Source: Mycobacteriaceae bacterium
Lineage (GTDB): Bacteria; Actinomycetota; Actinomycetes; Mycobacteriales; Mycobacteriaceae
Assembly (NCBI GenBank): GCA_044222225.1
Contig: JBGANR010000020.1
Coordinates: forward strand, 15,768 to 79,767
Length of the DNA: 64,000 bases
Reading direction: 5' to 3'
The position numbers and the translations under genes are program-made. Shown in pieces: positions 35,634-45,847 of the stretch (positions are counted from its first letter, which is position 1; every line of letters starts with the position of its first letter). The notes beneath the pieces are model-generated. The model was not told the origin of the DNA and searched no databases. It saw nothing but the letters and a program-made list of their open reading frames with translations.

Positions 35634-36530
35634 TCAGTTCGTCTCCGGTGCCGTGCTCGTCGACTGCGGTGCCGCTGTCGACGGCGCCGATTCCGTGCCC
35701 TCGGGCGCCTTGTTCATCGGCACCGCGTTCGCCGGCGCCGGGCTCGGATCGAACGGCGGCGGGTTCGCGACGTCGAAAGCGCCCGGGTAGGCGTCGCAGG
35801 ACGCGCCGACCTCGGGGTACGTCGCCTGCGACGGATCCTCCTCGTACGCGCCGACCTGACCGTTGAGGCGCAGCGCGGAGATGAACTGGTCGATCCGCGG
35901 GTCGTCGGCGCTCGACAGCTTGAGCTGGTGGCCCCACGACTGCAGCGAGATCGGCTGGTCGAGCCCGGGGTACGGCGACATGAGCATCGCCTGACGCCCC
36001 TTGGCGCGGCGCGAGAGCTTGGTCACGTCACCGGGCGACAGCTTCTCCGGGTTGTAGGCGATCCACACGGCACCGTGCTCGAGGCTGTGCACGGCGTTCT
36101 CGGTGCGGATGGCGACCGGGTAGACGATGCCGGTGCAGCCGGCCCAGATGCTGTCGTGCGGACCACCGAACGGCGGCGTCCTGTCGTACGCGACGCGCTC
36201 GGTCGGCGCGACGTGCACGGCGGCCTTGTAGTGCACCTTGACGACGCCGTCGATCTTGTCGGACGGATCGGGATTCGTCCGGGACGGCAGCCAGTCCTGC
36301 AGATCCTGCTGATACTGCGCCAGCTCGTCGCGTTCCCGCTGCTCAGCGACCTTGATCTCGTTCTTGTCCGACCAGATGCCGTAGAAGTAATAGCCGAGCG
36401 AGGCGACCAGGGCGATGACGACCACCACACCGACCACCGTCATCCACGGCAGGCCGCCGCCGCCGGCGCCTTTGATGTTCGGGACGGTTCCGGGCTTCTT
36501 CTTCTGCGCTGACAAGGGACGTGCGCTCAC
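35634..36530 (-). CDS. DUF3105-family membrane protein
   Basis: GTG at 36530 preceded by AAGAGGAAA. N-terminal TM helix (MTVVGVVVVIALVASLGYYFY) followed by a conserved extracytoplasmic domain with HSLEHGAVWIAY. Stop is 1 nt from the DUF305 gene start. The rest of the 875-aa track ORF is antisense to argS and was rejected. Confidence 0.55.
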   Translation of the reverse strand: MSARPLSAQKKKPGTVPNIKGAGGGGLPWMTVVGVVVVIALVASLGYYFYGIWSDKNEIKVAEQRERDELAQYQQDLQDWLPSRTNPDPSDKIDGVVKVHYKAAVHVAPTERVAYDRTPPFGGPHDSIWAGCTGIVYPVAIRTENAVHSLEHGAVWIAYNPEKLSPGDVTKLSRRAKGRQAMLMSPYPGLDQPISLQSWGHQLKLSSADDPRIDQFISALRLNGQVGAYEEDPSQATYPEVGASCDAYPGAFDVANPPPFDPSPAPANAVPMNKAPEGTESAPSTAAPQSTSTAPETN

Positions 36531-36698
36531 TTTCCTCTTGCGGCCGCCGGGCCTCGCCGTCGGGCGGACACGCACATGACCATGGCGCGGACCGCGCATC
36601 GCGGGCCGTGCCGGGCTCTCAGGTTTCCGGGCGAGTGTACCGGCCGGGGCTCGGCCACCTCGTCGAGCGAGGAGGTCAGCCGCATAGGATGAAGCCCC

Positions 36699-38351
36699 GT
36701 GACCCCCGCCGAACTCGCCGCGCTCGTCCGCGCCGCCACAATCTTCGTCGTCGACGCGCAAGGACTGGATTCGTCCCTCGTTCCCGACCAGGTCACGGTC
36801 GAGCGTCCGCGCAACCCCGAGCACGGCGACTACGCCACGAACATCGCGCTGCAGCTGGCCAAGAAGCTCGGCACGGCCCCCCGGGACCTCGCCGTTCGGC
36901 TCGCGACGGCGCTGGCCGCAGACCCCGCGATCGAGACGGCCGAGATCGCCGGGCCGGGCTTCGTCAACATCCGGCTCGCGGCGGTCGCGCAGAACGCCGC
37001 CGTCGGCGTGATCCTCGCCGCCGGTTCCGCCTACGGCCGGTCCGATGTGCTGGCGGGGACGACCATCAACCTCGAGTTCGTCTCGGCGAACCCCACCGGT
37101 CCGATCCACCTCGGCGGCACGCGTTGGGCGGCCGTCGGCGACGCGCTCGGCCGGGTGCTCGCTGCGGCCGGCGCCACGGTGGTGCGCGAGTACTACTTCA
37201 ACGACCACGGTTCGCAGATCGACAGGTTCGCGCGGTCGCTGGTCGCCGCGGCGCTCGGTGAACCGGCGCCCGAGGACGGCTATGCGGGCGAGTACATCGC
37301 CGACATCGCCGCGCGGATCGTCGCCGATGTGCCCGGCGTCCTCGAGCTGCCGGCCGACGACCGGCAGGAGGCGTTCCGCAGCCGCGGCGTCGAGCTGATG
37401 TTCGACCACATCAAGCGGACGCTGCACGAGTTCGGCACGGATTTCGACGTCTACACCCACGAGAACTCGATGTTCGACAAGGGCCTGGTCGACGAGGCCG
37501 TCGCCGAACTCAAGGCCAACGGCAACCTCTACGAACTCGACGGCGCGTGGTGGCTGCGCTCGACGGCCTTCGGCGACGACAAGGACCGCGTCGTCATCAA
37601 GTCCGACGGCAGCGCCGCCTATATCGCGGGTGACCTCGCGTACTTCCGCGACAAGCGCAAGCGCGGCGCCGACCTCGCCATCTACATGCTCGGCGCCGAC
37701 CATCACGGCTATGTGGTGCGGCTCAAGGCCGGCGCCGCGGCGCTCGGCGACGACCCCGACCGGCTCGAAGTGCTCATCGGGCAGATGGTCAACCTGGTCA
37801 AGGACGGCACGCCGGTGCGGATGAGCAAGCGGGCGGGCACCGTCATCACGCTCGACGACCTCGTCGACGCGATCGGCGTCGACGCCGCGCGGTACTCCCT
37901 CATCCGCTCGTCGGTGGATTCGACGATCGACATCGACCTCGACCTCATGACGCGGCAGTCGAGCGAGAACCCCGTCTACTACGTGCAGTACGCGCACGCG
38001 CGGCTGTGTGCGATCGGCCGTGCGGCCGACGATCTGGGCCTCGTCGCGGACGCCGGCGCGGCCGACCTGCTGACGACGCCGTGGGAGGGCGACCTCATCC
38101 GGACGCTCGGCGACTTCCCGGGCGTCGTCGAGACGGCCGCCGAGCTGCGTGAACCGCATCGCGTCGCCCGCTATCTGGAGACGCTGGCCGGCTCGTACCA
38201 CAAGTTCTACGACCACTGCCGGGTGCTGCCGCAGGGCGACGAGGAGCCGAGCGACCTGCATCGCGCCCGGCTCGCGCTGTGCGCGGCCACCCGCGTCGTG
38301 TTCGCCGCCGGGCTCGCGCTCGTCGGCGTCAGCGCTCCGGAGCGGATGTGA
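36699..38351 (+). CDS. argS: arginine--tRNA ligase
   Basis: 550 aa. Class I aaRS HIGH-type motif ([17 protein letters not shown]), a KMSK-like MSKRAG, and a C-terminal anticodon-binding domain. Confidence 0.9.
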   Translation: MTPAELAALVRAATIFVVDAQGLDSSLVPDQVTVERPRNPEHGDYATNIALQLAKKLGTAPRDLAVRLATALAADPAIETAEIAGPGFVNIRLAAVAQNAAVGVILAAGSAYGRSDVLAGTTINLEFVSANPTGPIHLGGTRWAAVGDALGRVLAAAGATVVREYYFNDHGSQIDRFARSLVAAALGEPAPEDGYAGEYIADIAARIVADVPGVLELPADDRQEAFRSRGVELMFDHIKRTLHEFGTDFDVYTHENSMFDKGLVDEAVAELKANGNLYELDGAWWLRSTAFGDDKDRVVIKSDGSAAYIAGDLAYFRDKRKRGADLAIYMLGADHHGYVVRLKAGAAALGDDPDRLEVLIGQMVNLVKDGTPVRMSKRAGTVITLDDLVDAIGVDAARYSLIRSSVDSTIDIDLDLMTRQSSENPVYYVQYAHARLCAIGRAADDLGLVADAGAADLLTTPWEGDLIRTLGDFPGVVETAAELREPHRVARYLETLAGSYHKFYDHCRVLPQGDEEPSDLHRARLALCAATRVVFAAGLALVGVSAPERM

Positions 38352-39769
38352 ACGCGCATCCCGCGGGCCCGCGGCACGCGGCGATCCCGGTCGCGCCGAC
38401 GCTGCCGCCGCGTCCCGAATCGCCCGCCGAGCTCGCCGCGCTCGCGCCGAACGTCTGGCCCCGGACGGCCGAGCGGGACTCAGGCGGCGTGCTGTGCATC
38501 GGCGGAGTCTCGGCGACGACGCTCGCCGCGGAGTTCGGCACGCCGCTGTTCGTGGTCGACGAGGCCGACTTCCGGTCTCGCTGCCGGGAGATCGCCGAGG
38601 CGTTCGGCGCGCCGGATCGCGTCCACTACGCGTCGAAGGCGTTCCTCTCGGGACAGATCGCCCGCTGGGTCGACGACGAGGGGCTCTCGCTCGACGTCTG
38701 CTCGGGCGGTGAGCTGGCGCTCGCGCTCCACGTCGGATTTCCGGCCGCCCGGATCACGATGCACGGCAACAACAAGTCGGTCGCCGAACTCACGGCGGCC
38801 GTCGAGGCGGGGGTCGGGCACGTCGTCGTCGACTCGCTGACCGAGATCGACAGGCTCGACGCCGTCGCTCGCGAGGCCGGTGTGGTGCAGGACGTGCTCG
38901 TCCGCGTCACGGTCGGCGTCGAGGCGCACACCCACGAGTTCATCGCGACGGCGCACGAGGACCAGAAGTTCGGCTTCTCGCTGTCCGGCGGCGCCGCGCT
39001 GACGGCCGTCCGCGCCGTCTTCGCCACCGGCAACCTGCGGCTGATCGGGCTGCACAGTCATATCGGCAGCCAGATCTTCGAGGTCGACGGCTTCGAGCTG
39101 GCCGCGCACCGCGTGCTGGGCCTGCTGCGCGCGATCGTCGACGAATACGGTGTCGACAAGACCGCGCAGGTCTCGTTGCTCGACCTCGGCGGCGGTCTCG
39201 GCATCTCCTACCTGCCGTCCGACGATCCGCCCGCCGTCGGCGATCTCGCCGCGAAGCTGCGCACGATCGTCGAACGCGAGGCGGCGGCGCTCGGTCTGCC
39301 GACGCCGACGATCGCCGTCGAGCCGGGCCGGGCGATCGCGGGACCGTCGGGCGTGACGCTGTACGAGGTCGGCACCGTCAAGGACGTCGGTCTCGATCAG
39401 GGCGCCGTCCGTCGCTACGTGTCCGTGGACGGCGGGATGAGCGACAACATCCGCACGGCGCTGTATCAGGCCGAGTACGATGTGCGGGTCGCCGACGGCG
39501 TCAGCGATGCGCCGCCGCGAGTGGTGCGCGTCGTCGGCAAGCACTGCGAAAGCGGCGACATCGTCATCCGTGACGCGTGGCTGCCCGAAGACACCGGGCC
39601 GGGGGACCTGCTGGCCGTCGCCGCGACGGGGGCCTACTGCTACTCGATGTCGAGTCGCTACAACATGGTGACGCGGCCGGCCGTGGTCGCGTGCCGTGAC
39701 GGCCGGGCGCGGCTCATCCTGCGCCGCGAGACCATCGAGGATCTGTTGAATCTGGAGGTTGAACTGTGA
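38348..39769 (+). CDS. lysA: diaminopimelate decarboxylase
   Basis: PLP-dependent fold-III decarboxylase motifs (YASKAF; GGGLGISY; CESGD). GTG at 38348 overlaps the argS stop. The ORF-track start at 38279 lies inside argS. Confidence 0.85.
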   Translation: MNAHPAGPRHAAIPVAPTLPPRPESPAELAALAPNVWPRTAERDSGGVLCIGGVSATTLAAEFGTPLFVVDEADFRSRCREIAEAFGAPDRVHYASKAFLSGQIARWVDDEGLSLDVCSGGELALALHVGFPAARITMHGNNKSVAELTAAVEAGVGHVVVDSLTEIDRLDAVAREAGVVQDVLVRVTVGVEAHTHEFIATAHEDQKFGFSLSGGAALTAVRAVFATGNLRLIGLHSHIGSQIFEVDGFELAAHRVLGLLRAIVDEYGVDKTAQVSLLDLGGGLGISYLPSDDPPAVGDLAAKLRTIVEREAAALGLPTPTIAVEPGRAIAGPSGVTLYEVGTVKDVGLDQGAVRRYVSVDGGMSDNIRTALYQAEYDVRVADGVSDAPPRVVRVVGKHCESGDIVIRDAWLPEDTGPGDLLAVAATGAYCYSMSSRYNMVTRPAVVACRDGRARLILRRETIEDLLNLEVEL

Positions 39770-41067
39770 CTGTGAGGCCGATCGGCGTCGCCGTGCTCGG
39801 CATGGGCAACGTCGGGGCGGAGGTCGTGCGGATCATCCGCGACTCCGCCGGCGATCTCGCCCAGCGCATCGGGGCCCCGCTGGAACTGCGCGGCGTCGCG
39901 GTCCGCGACGGCTCGCGTGACCGGGGGATCGAGCGGGAGCTGGTGACGACCGACGCCATGTCGCTCGTCCTGCGCGACGACGTCGACATCGTCGTCGAGC
40001 TCGTCGGCGGCATCGACCTGCCGCGCGAGCTCATCCGCTCGGCGTTGAAGTCCGGGAAGTCGGTGGTCACCGCGAACAAGGCGCTGCTCGCCGAGTACAC
40101 GGGAGAGCTGGCGCAGGCCGCCGCCGATTCGCGCGTCGACCTCTACTTCGAGGCGTCGGTGGCGGGGGCGATCCCGGTCATCCGGCCGCTCATGCAGTCG
40201 CTCGCCGGCGACCACGTGGTGCGCGTGGCGGGCATCGTCAACGGCACGACCAACTTCATCCTCTCCAAGATGGACTCCGAGGGGCAGGGCTACGCCGAGG
40301 CTCTCGCCGAAGCCGGCCGGCTCGGCTACGCCGAGGCCGATCCCACGGCCGATGTCGAGGGCTACGACGCCGCATCGAAGGCCGCGATCCTCGCCTCGCT
40401 CGCGTTCCACAGCCGGGTGACGGCGTCGGACGTCTACCGCGAGGGCATCAGCGCGATCACCGCCGAGGATCTCGTGGCGGCGAAGGCGCTGGGCTGCACG
40501 GTCAAGCTGCTCAGCATCTGCGAGCGGTTCACCGACACCGAAGGCGTCGAGCGGATCTCCGCGCGCGTCTACCCGGCGCTCGTGCCGCTCGATCACCCGC
40601 TGGCGAGCGTCAACGACGCCTTCAACGCCGTCGTCGTCGAGGCTGAGAACGCGGGCCGGCTCATGTTCTACGGCCAGGGTGCGGGCGGTGCGCCGACGGC
40701 GTCGGCCGTCATGGGCGACCTGGTCATGGCCGCGCGCAACAAGGTCTACGGCGGCCGCGGCCCACTCGAGTCGACGTACGCCCAGCTCCCCGCCGCTCCG
40801 ATCGGCGAGGTGCCCACCCGCTACTTCGTGTCGATGCGCGTGCACGACAAGCCGGGGGTGCTCTCGACGGTCGCCGGCGAGTTCACCAAGCGCAACGTCT
40901 CGATCTCGACGGTTCGCCAGGAGGGCCTCGGCGACAGCGCCACGCTTGTCGTCGTCACCCACCGGGCGCCCGACTCCGCGCTGTCGGAGACCGTCGCCGC
41001 CCTGGAGAAGCTCGACGTCGTCGAGGCCGTGTCCCGTGTCCTGCGTCTGGAGGGAACCGATGAATAG
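39766..41067 (+). CDS. hom: homoserine dehydrogenase
   Basis: 433 aa. NAD-binding [15 protein letters not shown], a catalytic domain, and a C-terminal ACT domain. GTG overlaps the lysA stop (GTGA). RBS GGAGG. Confidence 0.9.
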   Translation: MTVRPIGVAVLGMGNVGAEVVRIIRDSAGDLAQRIGAPLELRGVAVRDGSRDRGIERELVTTDAMSLVLRDDVDIVVELVGGIDLPRELIRSALKSGKSVVTANKALLAEYTGELAQAAADSRVDLYFEASVAGAIPVIRPLMQSLAGDHVVRVAGIVNGTTNFILSKMDSEGQGYAEALAEAGRLGYAEADPTADVEGYDAASKAAILASLAFHSRVTASDVYREGISAITAEDLVAAKALGCTVKLLSICERFTDTEGVERISARVYPALVPLDHPLASVNDAFNAVVVEAENAGRLMFYGQGAGGAPTASAVMGDLVMAARNKVYGGRGPLESTYAQLPAAPIGEVPTRYFVSMRVHDKPGVLSTVAGEFTKRNVSISTVRQEGLGDSATLVVVTHRAPDSALSETVAALEKLDVVEAVSRVLRLEGTDE

Positions 41068-42133
41068 CCCCGTGCACTCCCGTTGGCCGGGAATCATCGA
41101 GGCGTACCGCGATCGCCTGCCCGTCACCGCGGGCTGGCGCACCGTCACCCTCTACGAGGGCGGCACGCCGCTGGTGCCCGCGCCGTATCTCTCGGAGCTC
41201 ACCGGCTGCGAGGTCTACCTCAAGGTCGAGGGCCTCAATCCGACGGGATCGTTCAAGGACCGCGGCATGACGATGGCGGTCTCCGAGGCGGCCTCCACGG
41301 GCAAGCAGGCCGTGCTCTGCGCGTCGACGGGCAACACGTCCGCCTCGGCCGCGGCCTACGCGACGCGCGCCGGCATCGGCTGCGCCGTGCTCATCCCGCA
41401 GGGCAAGATCGCGATGGGCAAGTTGGCCCAGGCCGTCATGCACGGCGCCAAGATCATCCAGGTCCAGGGCAATTTCGACGACTGTCTCGAGCTCGCCCGC
41501 AAGGCGACGGCGGAGTTCGACACGCTGGCACTGGTCAACTCGGTCAACCCCGTGCGGATCGAGGGTCAGAAGACCGCCGCATTCGAGATCTGCGACGTGC
41601 TGGGCCGCGCGCCCGACATCCACGCGCTGCCGGTGGGCAACGCGGGCAACATCACCGCCTACTGGCGGGGCTACAGCGAGTACCACGCCGACGGCATCAC
41701 CGGCTCGCGGCCGCGGATGCTCGGCGTCCAGGCGGCCGGCGCCGCGCCGCTCGTGCACGGTGCACCGGTGAAGAACCCGGAGACGATCGCCACCGCGATC
41801 CGCATCGGCGATCCGGCCAGCTGGACCCAGGCCGTCGCCGCGCGCGACGAGTCCGACGGGCAGTTCCTCGCCGCCACCGACGCCAAGCTCCTCGAGGCGT
41901 ACGCGATCGTGGCCGGCAAAGAAGGCGTCTTCGTCGAGCCGGCGTCCGCCGCCAGCGTCGCGGGCCTGCTCGCGGCGAGCGCCGACGGCTGGATCGAGCG
42001 CGGCCAGACGGTGGTCTGCACCGTCACCGGCAACGGGCTCAAGGACCCGGACACCGCGCTGCGCGAGGTCGGCGAGGTCGCGGCGATCCCCGTCGACCCC
42101 GCGGCCGTCGCCGACGCGCTGGGCCTGCGGTGA
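41060..42133 (+). CDS. thrC: threonine synthase
   Basis: PLP motif [17 protein letters not shown] at 41060 with a GGAGGG RBS, overlapping the hom 3' end by 8 nt. The track ORF from 40679 is an in-frame read-through. Confidence 0.9.
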   Translation: MNSPVHSRWPGIIEAYRDRLPVTAGWRTVTLYEGGTPLVPAPYLSELTGCEVYLKVEGLNPTGSFKDRGMTMAVSEAASTGKQAVLCASTGNTSASAAAYATRAGIGCAVLIPQGKIAMGKLAQAVMHGAKIIQVQGNFDDCLELARKATAEFDTLALVNSVNPVRIEGQKTAAFEICDVLGRAPDIHALPVGNAGNITAYWRGYSEYHADGITGSRPRMLGVQAAGAAPLVHGAPVKNPETIATAIRIGDPASWTQAVAARDESDGQFLAATDAKLLEAYAIVAGKEGVFVEPASAASVAGLLAASADGWIERGQTVVCTVTGNGLKDPDTALREVGEVAAIPVDPAAVADALGLR

Positions 42134-43098
42134 CGATGGTGGCAGACCTCGACGTCGACGGGACGCCCGCTGCGCTGCGAACGCCGCTGCCGATCGGCGC
42201 ATCGGCGTCCGTGCGGGTGCCGGCGTCGACGGCGAACCTCGGTGCCGGTTTCGACTGCCTCGGCCTGGCTCTGGGCCTCTATGACCATGTCTCGGTCGAG
42301 GTCGCGGCCGCGGACGTCGTCGTCGAGGCCTCCGGCTGCGGCGCCGATCAGGTACCGAGGGACGGTCGCCACCTCGTGGCGCGGGCCGTCGCGGCGGGGC
42401 TGGCGGCGTCGGGGGCGGCGGCCCCCGGGCTGCGACTGACGTGCCGCAACTCCATCCCGCATTCGCGGGGACTGGGCTCGTCGGCCTCGGCGGCCGTCGC
42501 CGGCGTCATCGCGTCCCAGCGGCTCGTCGCCGTAACGGGTGTCGGCACGCCGTTGACGACGGACGAGATCGTGCAGCTCGCGGGGGAGTTCGAGGGGCAC
42601 CCGGACAACTCGTCCGCGTCGGTGCTCGGCGGGGCGATCGTCTCGTGGACCGAGGGCGGTCGCTACTTCGCGCGCCGGATCGACGTCCACCCGGCGGTGC
42701 GGGCCACGGCCTTCGTGCCCGACCACGAGTCGTCCACCGAGCACACCCGCGGCCTGCTGCCGGACGTCGTGCCGCGGTGCGACGCCGTCTTCAACCTCTC
42801 GCGGGCGGCGCTGGCCGTGCACGCGGTCTGCAACGAGCCGGAGCTGCTCTTCGCCGCGACGGAGGACCGGCTGCACCAGTCCTATCGCGCCGAGGCGCTG
42901 CCCGAGACGACCGCGCTGGTGGCCGCGCTGCGGTCGCGCGGCGTCGCGGCCGCGGTATCGGGTGCGGGGCCGACGGTCCTCGCGCTCACCGTCGACCGGA
43001 CGGGAGCCGGGCTCGACCCGGCTTTCGGGTCGCTCGCGGCCGAGCACGGTTTCGACGTGCTGCCGCTCGACGTCGCGGGGCCGGCGTCGGCGTACTGA
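42130..43098 (+). CDS. thrB: homoserine kinase
   Basis: GHMP-kinase motif [19 protein letters not shown] at 42130 overlaps the thrC stop (GTGA); an ATG at 42136 is an alternative. Confidence 0.85.
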   Translation: MTMVADLDVDGTPAALRTPLPIGASASVRVPASTANLGAGFDCLGLALGLYDHVSVEVAAADVVVEASGCGADQVPRDGRHLVARAVAAGLAASGAAAPGLRLTCRNSIPHSRGLGSSASAAVAGVIASQRLVAVTGVGTPLTTDEIVQLAGEFEGHPDNSSASVLGGAIVSWTEGGRYFARRIDVHPAVRATAFVPDHESSTEHTRGLLPDVVPRCDAVFNLSRAALAVHAVCNEPELLFAATEDRLHQSYRAEALPETTALVAALRSRGVAAAVSGAGPTVLALTVDRTGAGLDPAFGSLAAEHGFDVLPLDVAGPASAY

Positions 43099-43458
43099 AG
43101 AACGCTCCCGACGTGTCGTTGTTGCCGTGACGTCGTCGGGTGGATAGTATCGGTTCTACCTCGTGACAGGTCTGCGCCGACTCTCGGTGCGCGGCGGTCA
43201 ACGACTCTCGACATCATCAGCCGTCGATCGACGATTCACCTTTCTCGGTTCGATCGCCGACGGCGTCATCGACTCACCGGACGCGATCGGCTCGAAGCCG
43301 ACCCTCGTCTACGGGGACGTCGACGGGAACGGTCGCCGCAGGGCCACACGAGGATGCAGAACATCGCCACAGCGCCGCGCGTACGGCGCGTCATCGGCCG
43401 GTAGTCATCGGCCGCCGGGCCGCGGTCCCTTCACGGGTGGCGGCAGGAAAGGAAATCC

Positions 43459-45771
43459 GTGACGGAAACGGGTGTCATCGATAAGCAGGAGGCGTCGCGG
43501 CCTCGTCGGGGAAGCGGCCTCTCGGGCATGGTGCTCGCCGAGCTCAGGGCCATAGCCGGCGAACTGGGCATCCGCGGTACCTCCGGGATGCGAAAGGGCG
43601 ATCTGATCGCCGCGATCGCCGAGCGGGCGGACGGCGGGCCGGCAGCGCCGCCGCGCACTCGTGCCCCGCGCAAGACCGCAGACGCCGCGGCGCCCGCGGC
43701 CGCCGAGCCGGCGGTCGCCGCTGCTCCGGCAGCCGCCGAGGCCGCGGCCCCTCGCGACCGTGTGACCAGCGACGTCGCGGCTCCCGTGACGTCCGCCCCG
43801 GTCCGGACGCCGGAGGCCGTCAAGGCCGAAGCGCCGGCCGAGAAGGTCGCGACGCCGGACAAGGGTGCCGCGGTGGAGAAGGCTTCGGCTGTCGAGAAGG
43901 CCCCGGCCGTCGAGAAGGCTCCGGCTGCTGAGAAGAGCACGGTGGCCGACAAGGCCCCGAAGGCTGAGAAGTCCCCGGTGGCAGAGAAGGCGCCCGTGGC
44001 GGAGAAGGCCGCGGTCGTCGACAAGACGCCGGCGTCGGTCGAGACGCCGGCCGAGGGCTCTCGCGACAAGGGCGCGGACCGAGGTGACGAGCGCCAGGAC
44101 GAGTCCGGCAAGGACGGTGACCGTCGAGTGGACACGAACAAGGACGACGCGACGAAGAGCACGGACCGCCGCGACAACGCGCGCCGGGACGACGCCGGCG
44201 ACGACCAGCAGGGTGACGATCAGCAGGGCGGCGGACGCCGTCGCCGGCGCGACCGTGGCCAGAACGCGGGCGATGCCAAGGGCGATCGCCCGAACACCCA
44301 GCAGGGCGGCCAGAACGCGGGCCAGGGCAATCAGTCCCAGGCCAGGGACGGCCAGGGCGGTCAGACGCGGGACAATCAGGCCCGCGACAACCAGGCGCGC
44401 GACGGCCAGAACCGCGACAACCAGGCCAGGGACAACCAGAATCCTCGCGGCCAGGGCGGCGAGAATCAGGGCGGCCCGCAGAACCGGCAGCGCAACAGCA
44501 ACAACGATGACGACGACGAGAACGGCAGGGGCCGGCGCGGCCGGCGCTTCCGGGAGCGGCGTCGGGGACGCGACCGCGTCGAGGTCGGCTCGGATCCGCA
44601 GCTCGCCGAAGACGATGTCGTGCAGCCCGTCGCGGGCATCCTCGACGTGCTCGACAACTACGCGTTCGTCCGGACCTCCGGCTACCTCGCCGGCCCCAAC
44701 GACGTCTACGTGTCGATGAACCTCGTGCGTCGCAACGGTCTGCGCCGCGGTGACGCGATCACCGGCGCCGTGCGCATCGGCAAGGAGGGCGAGAACGTCG
44801 GCACCGGCAACAACCGGCAGAAGTTCAACCCGCTGGTGCGGCTGGACACCGTCAACGGCACCGATCCGGAGACGGCCAAGAAGCGTCCGGAGTTCAACAA
44901 GCTGACACCGCTGTACCCGAATCAGCGGCTGCGGCTGGAGACGACCCCGGATCGCATCTCGACTCGCGTCATCGACCTCATCATGCCGATCGGCAAGGGG
45001 CAGCGCGCCCTCATCGTCAGCCCCCCGAAGGCGGGCAAGACGACGATCATGCAGAACATCGCCCACGCGATCACCACCAACAATCCGGAATGCCACCTCA
45101 TGGTGGTGCTCGTCGACGAGCGTCCGGAGGAGGTGACCGACATGCAGCGGTCGGTGCGCGGCGAGGTCATCGCCTCCACCTTCGACCGTCCGCCGTCAGA
45201 TCACACGTCGGTCGCCGAGCTCGCCATCGAGCGGGCCAAGCGGCTCGTCGAGAACGGCAAGGACGTCGTCGTCCTGCTCGACTCGATCACGCGGCTGGGG
45301 CGTGCGTACAACAACTCCTCGCCGGCGTCGGGCCGCATCCTGTCCGGCGGCGTCGATTCGACGGCCCTCTACCCGCCGAAGCGGTTCCTCGGTGCGGCGC
45401 GCAACATCGAGAACGGCGGCTCGCTGACCATCATCGCGACGACGATGGTCGAGACCGGCTCGACAGGCGACACGGTGATCTTCGAGGAGTTCAAGGGCAC
45501 CGGCAACGCCGAGCTCAAGCTCGATCGCAAGATCGCCGAGCGGCGCGTCTTCCCGGCCGTCGACGTCAACCCGTCGAGCACCCGTAAGGACGAGCTGCTG
45601 CTCTCGCCGGAGGAGTTCGGCGTCGTCTACAAGCTGCGCCGGGTGCTCTCGGGCCTCGACAGCCAGCAGGCGATCGACCTGCTGATCAGTCAGCTGAAGA
45701 AGACCAAGACGAACTACGAGTTCCTGCTGCAGGTGCAGCAGAACACCCCGGGTTCGATGTCCGACAACTGA
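43459..45771 (+). CDS. rho: transcription termination factor Rho with long actinobacterial-type N-terminal insertion
   Basis: 770 aa. Has an N-terminal domain and a roughly 250-aa Arg/Asp/Gln/Asn/Gly-rich insertion. Also has an OB-fold RNA-binding region (YAFVRTSGY) and RecA-like ATPase motifs (Walker A GKTT; Walker [10 protein letters not shown]). GTG start with an AGGAAAGGAAA RBS. Confidence 0.9.
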   Translation: MTETGVIDKQEASRPRRGSGLSGMVLAELRAIAGELGIRGTSGMRKGDLIAAIAERADGGPAAPPRTRAPRKTADAAAPAAAEPAVAAAPAAAEAAAPRDRVTSDVAAPVTSAPVRTPEAVKAEAPAEKVATPDKGAAVEKASAVEKAPAVEKAPAAEKSTVADKAPKAEKSPVAEKAPVAEKAAVVDKTPASVETPAEGSRDKGADRGDERQDESGKDGDRRVDTNKDDATKSTDRRDNARRDDAGDDQQGDDQQGGGRRRRRDRGQNAGDAKGDRPNTQQGGQNAGQGNQSQARDGQGGQTRDNQARDNQARDGQNRDNQARDNQNPRGQGGENQGGPQNRQRNSNNDDDDENGRGRRGRRFRERRRGRDRVEVGSDPQLAEDDVVQPVAGILDVLDNYAFVRTSGYLAGPNDVYVSMNLVRRNGLRRGDAITGAVRIGKEGENVGTGNNRQKFNPLVRLDTVNGTDPETAKKRPEFNKLTPLYPNQRLRLETTPDRISTRVIDLIMPIGKGQRALIVSPPKAGKTTIMQNIAHAITTNNPECHLMVVLVDERPEEVTDMQRSVRGEVIASTFDRPPSDHTSVAELAIERAKRLVENGKDVVVLLDSITRLGRAYNNSSPASGRILSGGVDSTALYPPKRFLGAARNIENGGSLTIIATTMVETGSTGDTVIFEEFKGTGNAELKLDRKIAERRVFPAVDVNPSSTRKDELLLSPEEFGVVYKLRRVLSGLDSQQAIDLLISQLKKTKTNYEFLLQVQQNTPGSMSDN

Positions 45772-45779
45772 TCGCCTTC

Positions 45780-45825
45780 GAATGAGAACGCCCGCACCGG
45801 GAGATCGGTGCGGGCGTTCTCATTC
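45780..45825. terminator. bidirectional terminator hairpin (perfect 20-bp stem, 6-nt loop) between convergent rho and Ser/Thr kinase 1
   Basis: GAATGAGAACGCCCGCACCG-GGAGAT-CGGTGCGGGCGTTCTCATTC. Lies 9 nt after the rho stop and 23 nt after the kinase-1 stop. Confidence 0.65.
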
Positions 45826-45847
45826 GCCGGAGAACCGGCGGGAAAGG

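Noticed and set aside
34592-36698. Possible genomic island integrated at tRNA-Arg
   Set aside because: No integrase, no direct repeat of the tRNA 3' end, and no compositional shift. The DUF3105-DUF305 pair looks like resident chromosome. It is kept only as a low-interest finding.
35634-38261. 875-aa minus-strand ORF
   Set aside because: Only the last 299 codons (35634-36530) encode a coherent protein, the DUF3105 family member. The remainder is antisense to argS and low-complexity.
40679-43098. In-frame N-terminal extensions of thrC (from 40679) and thrB (from 41083)
   Set aside because: The extensions overlap the preceding genes in other frames and lack RBSs. The conserved starts with RBS or stop overlap are at 41060 and 42130.
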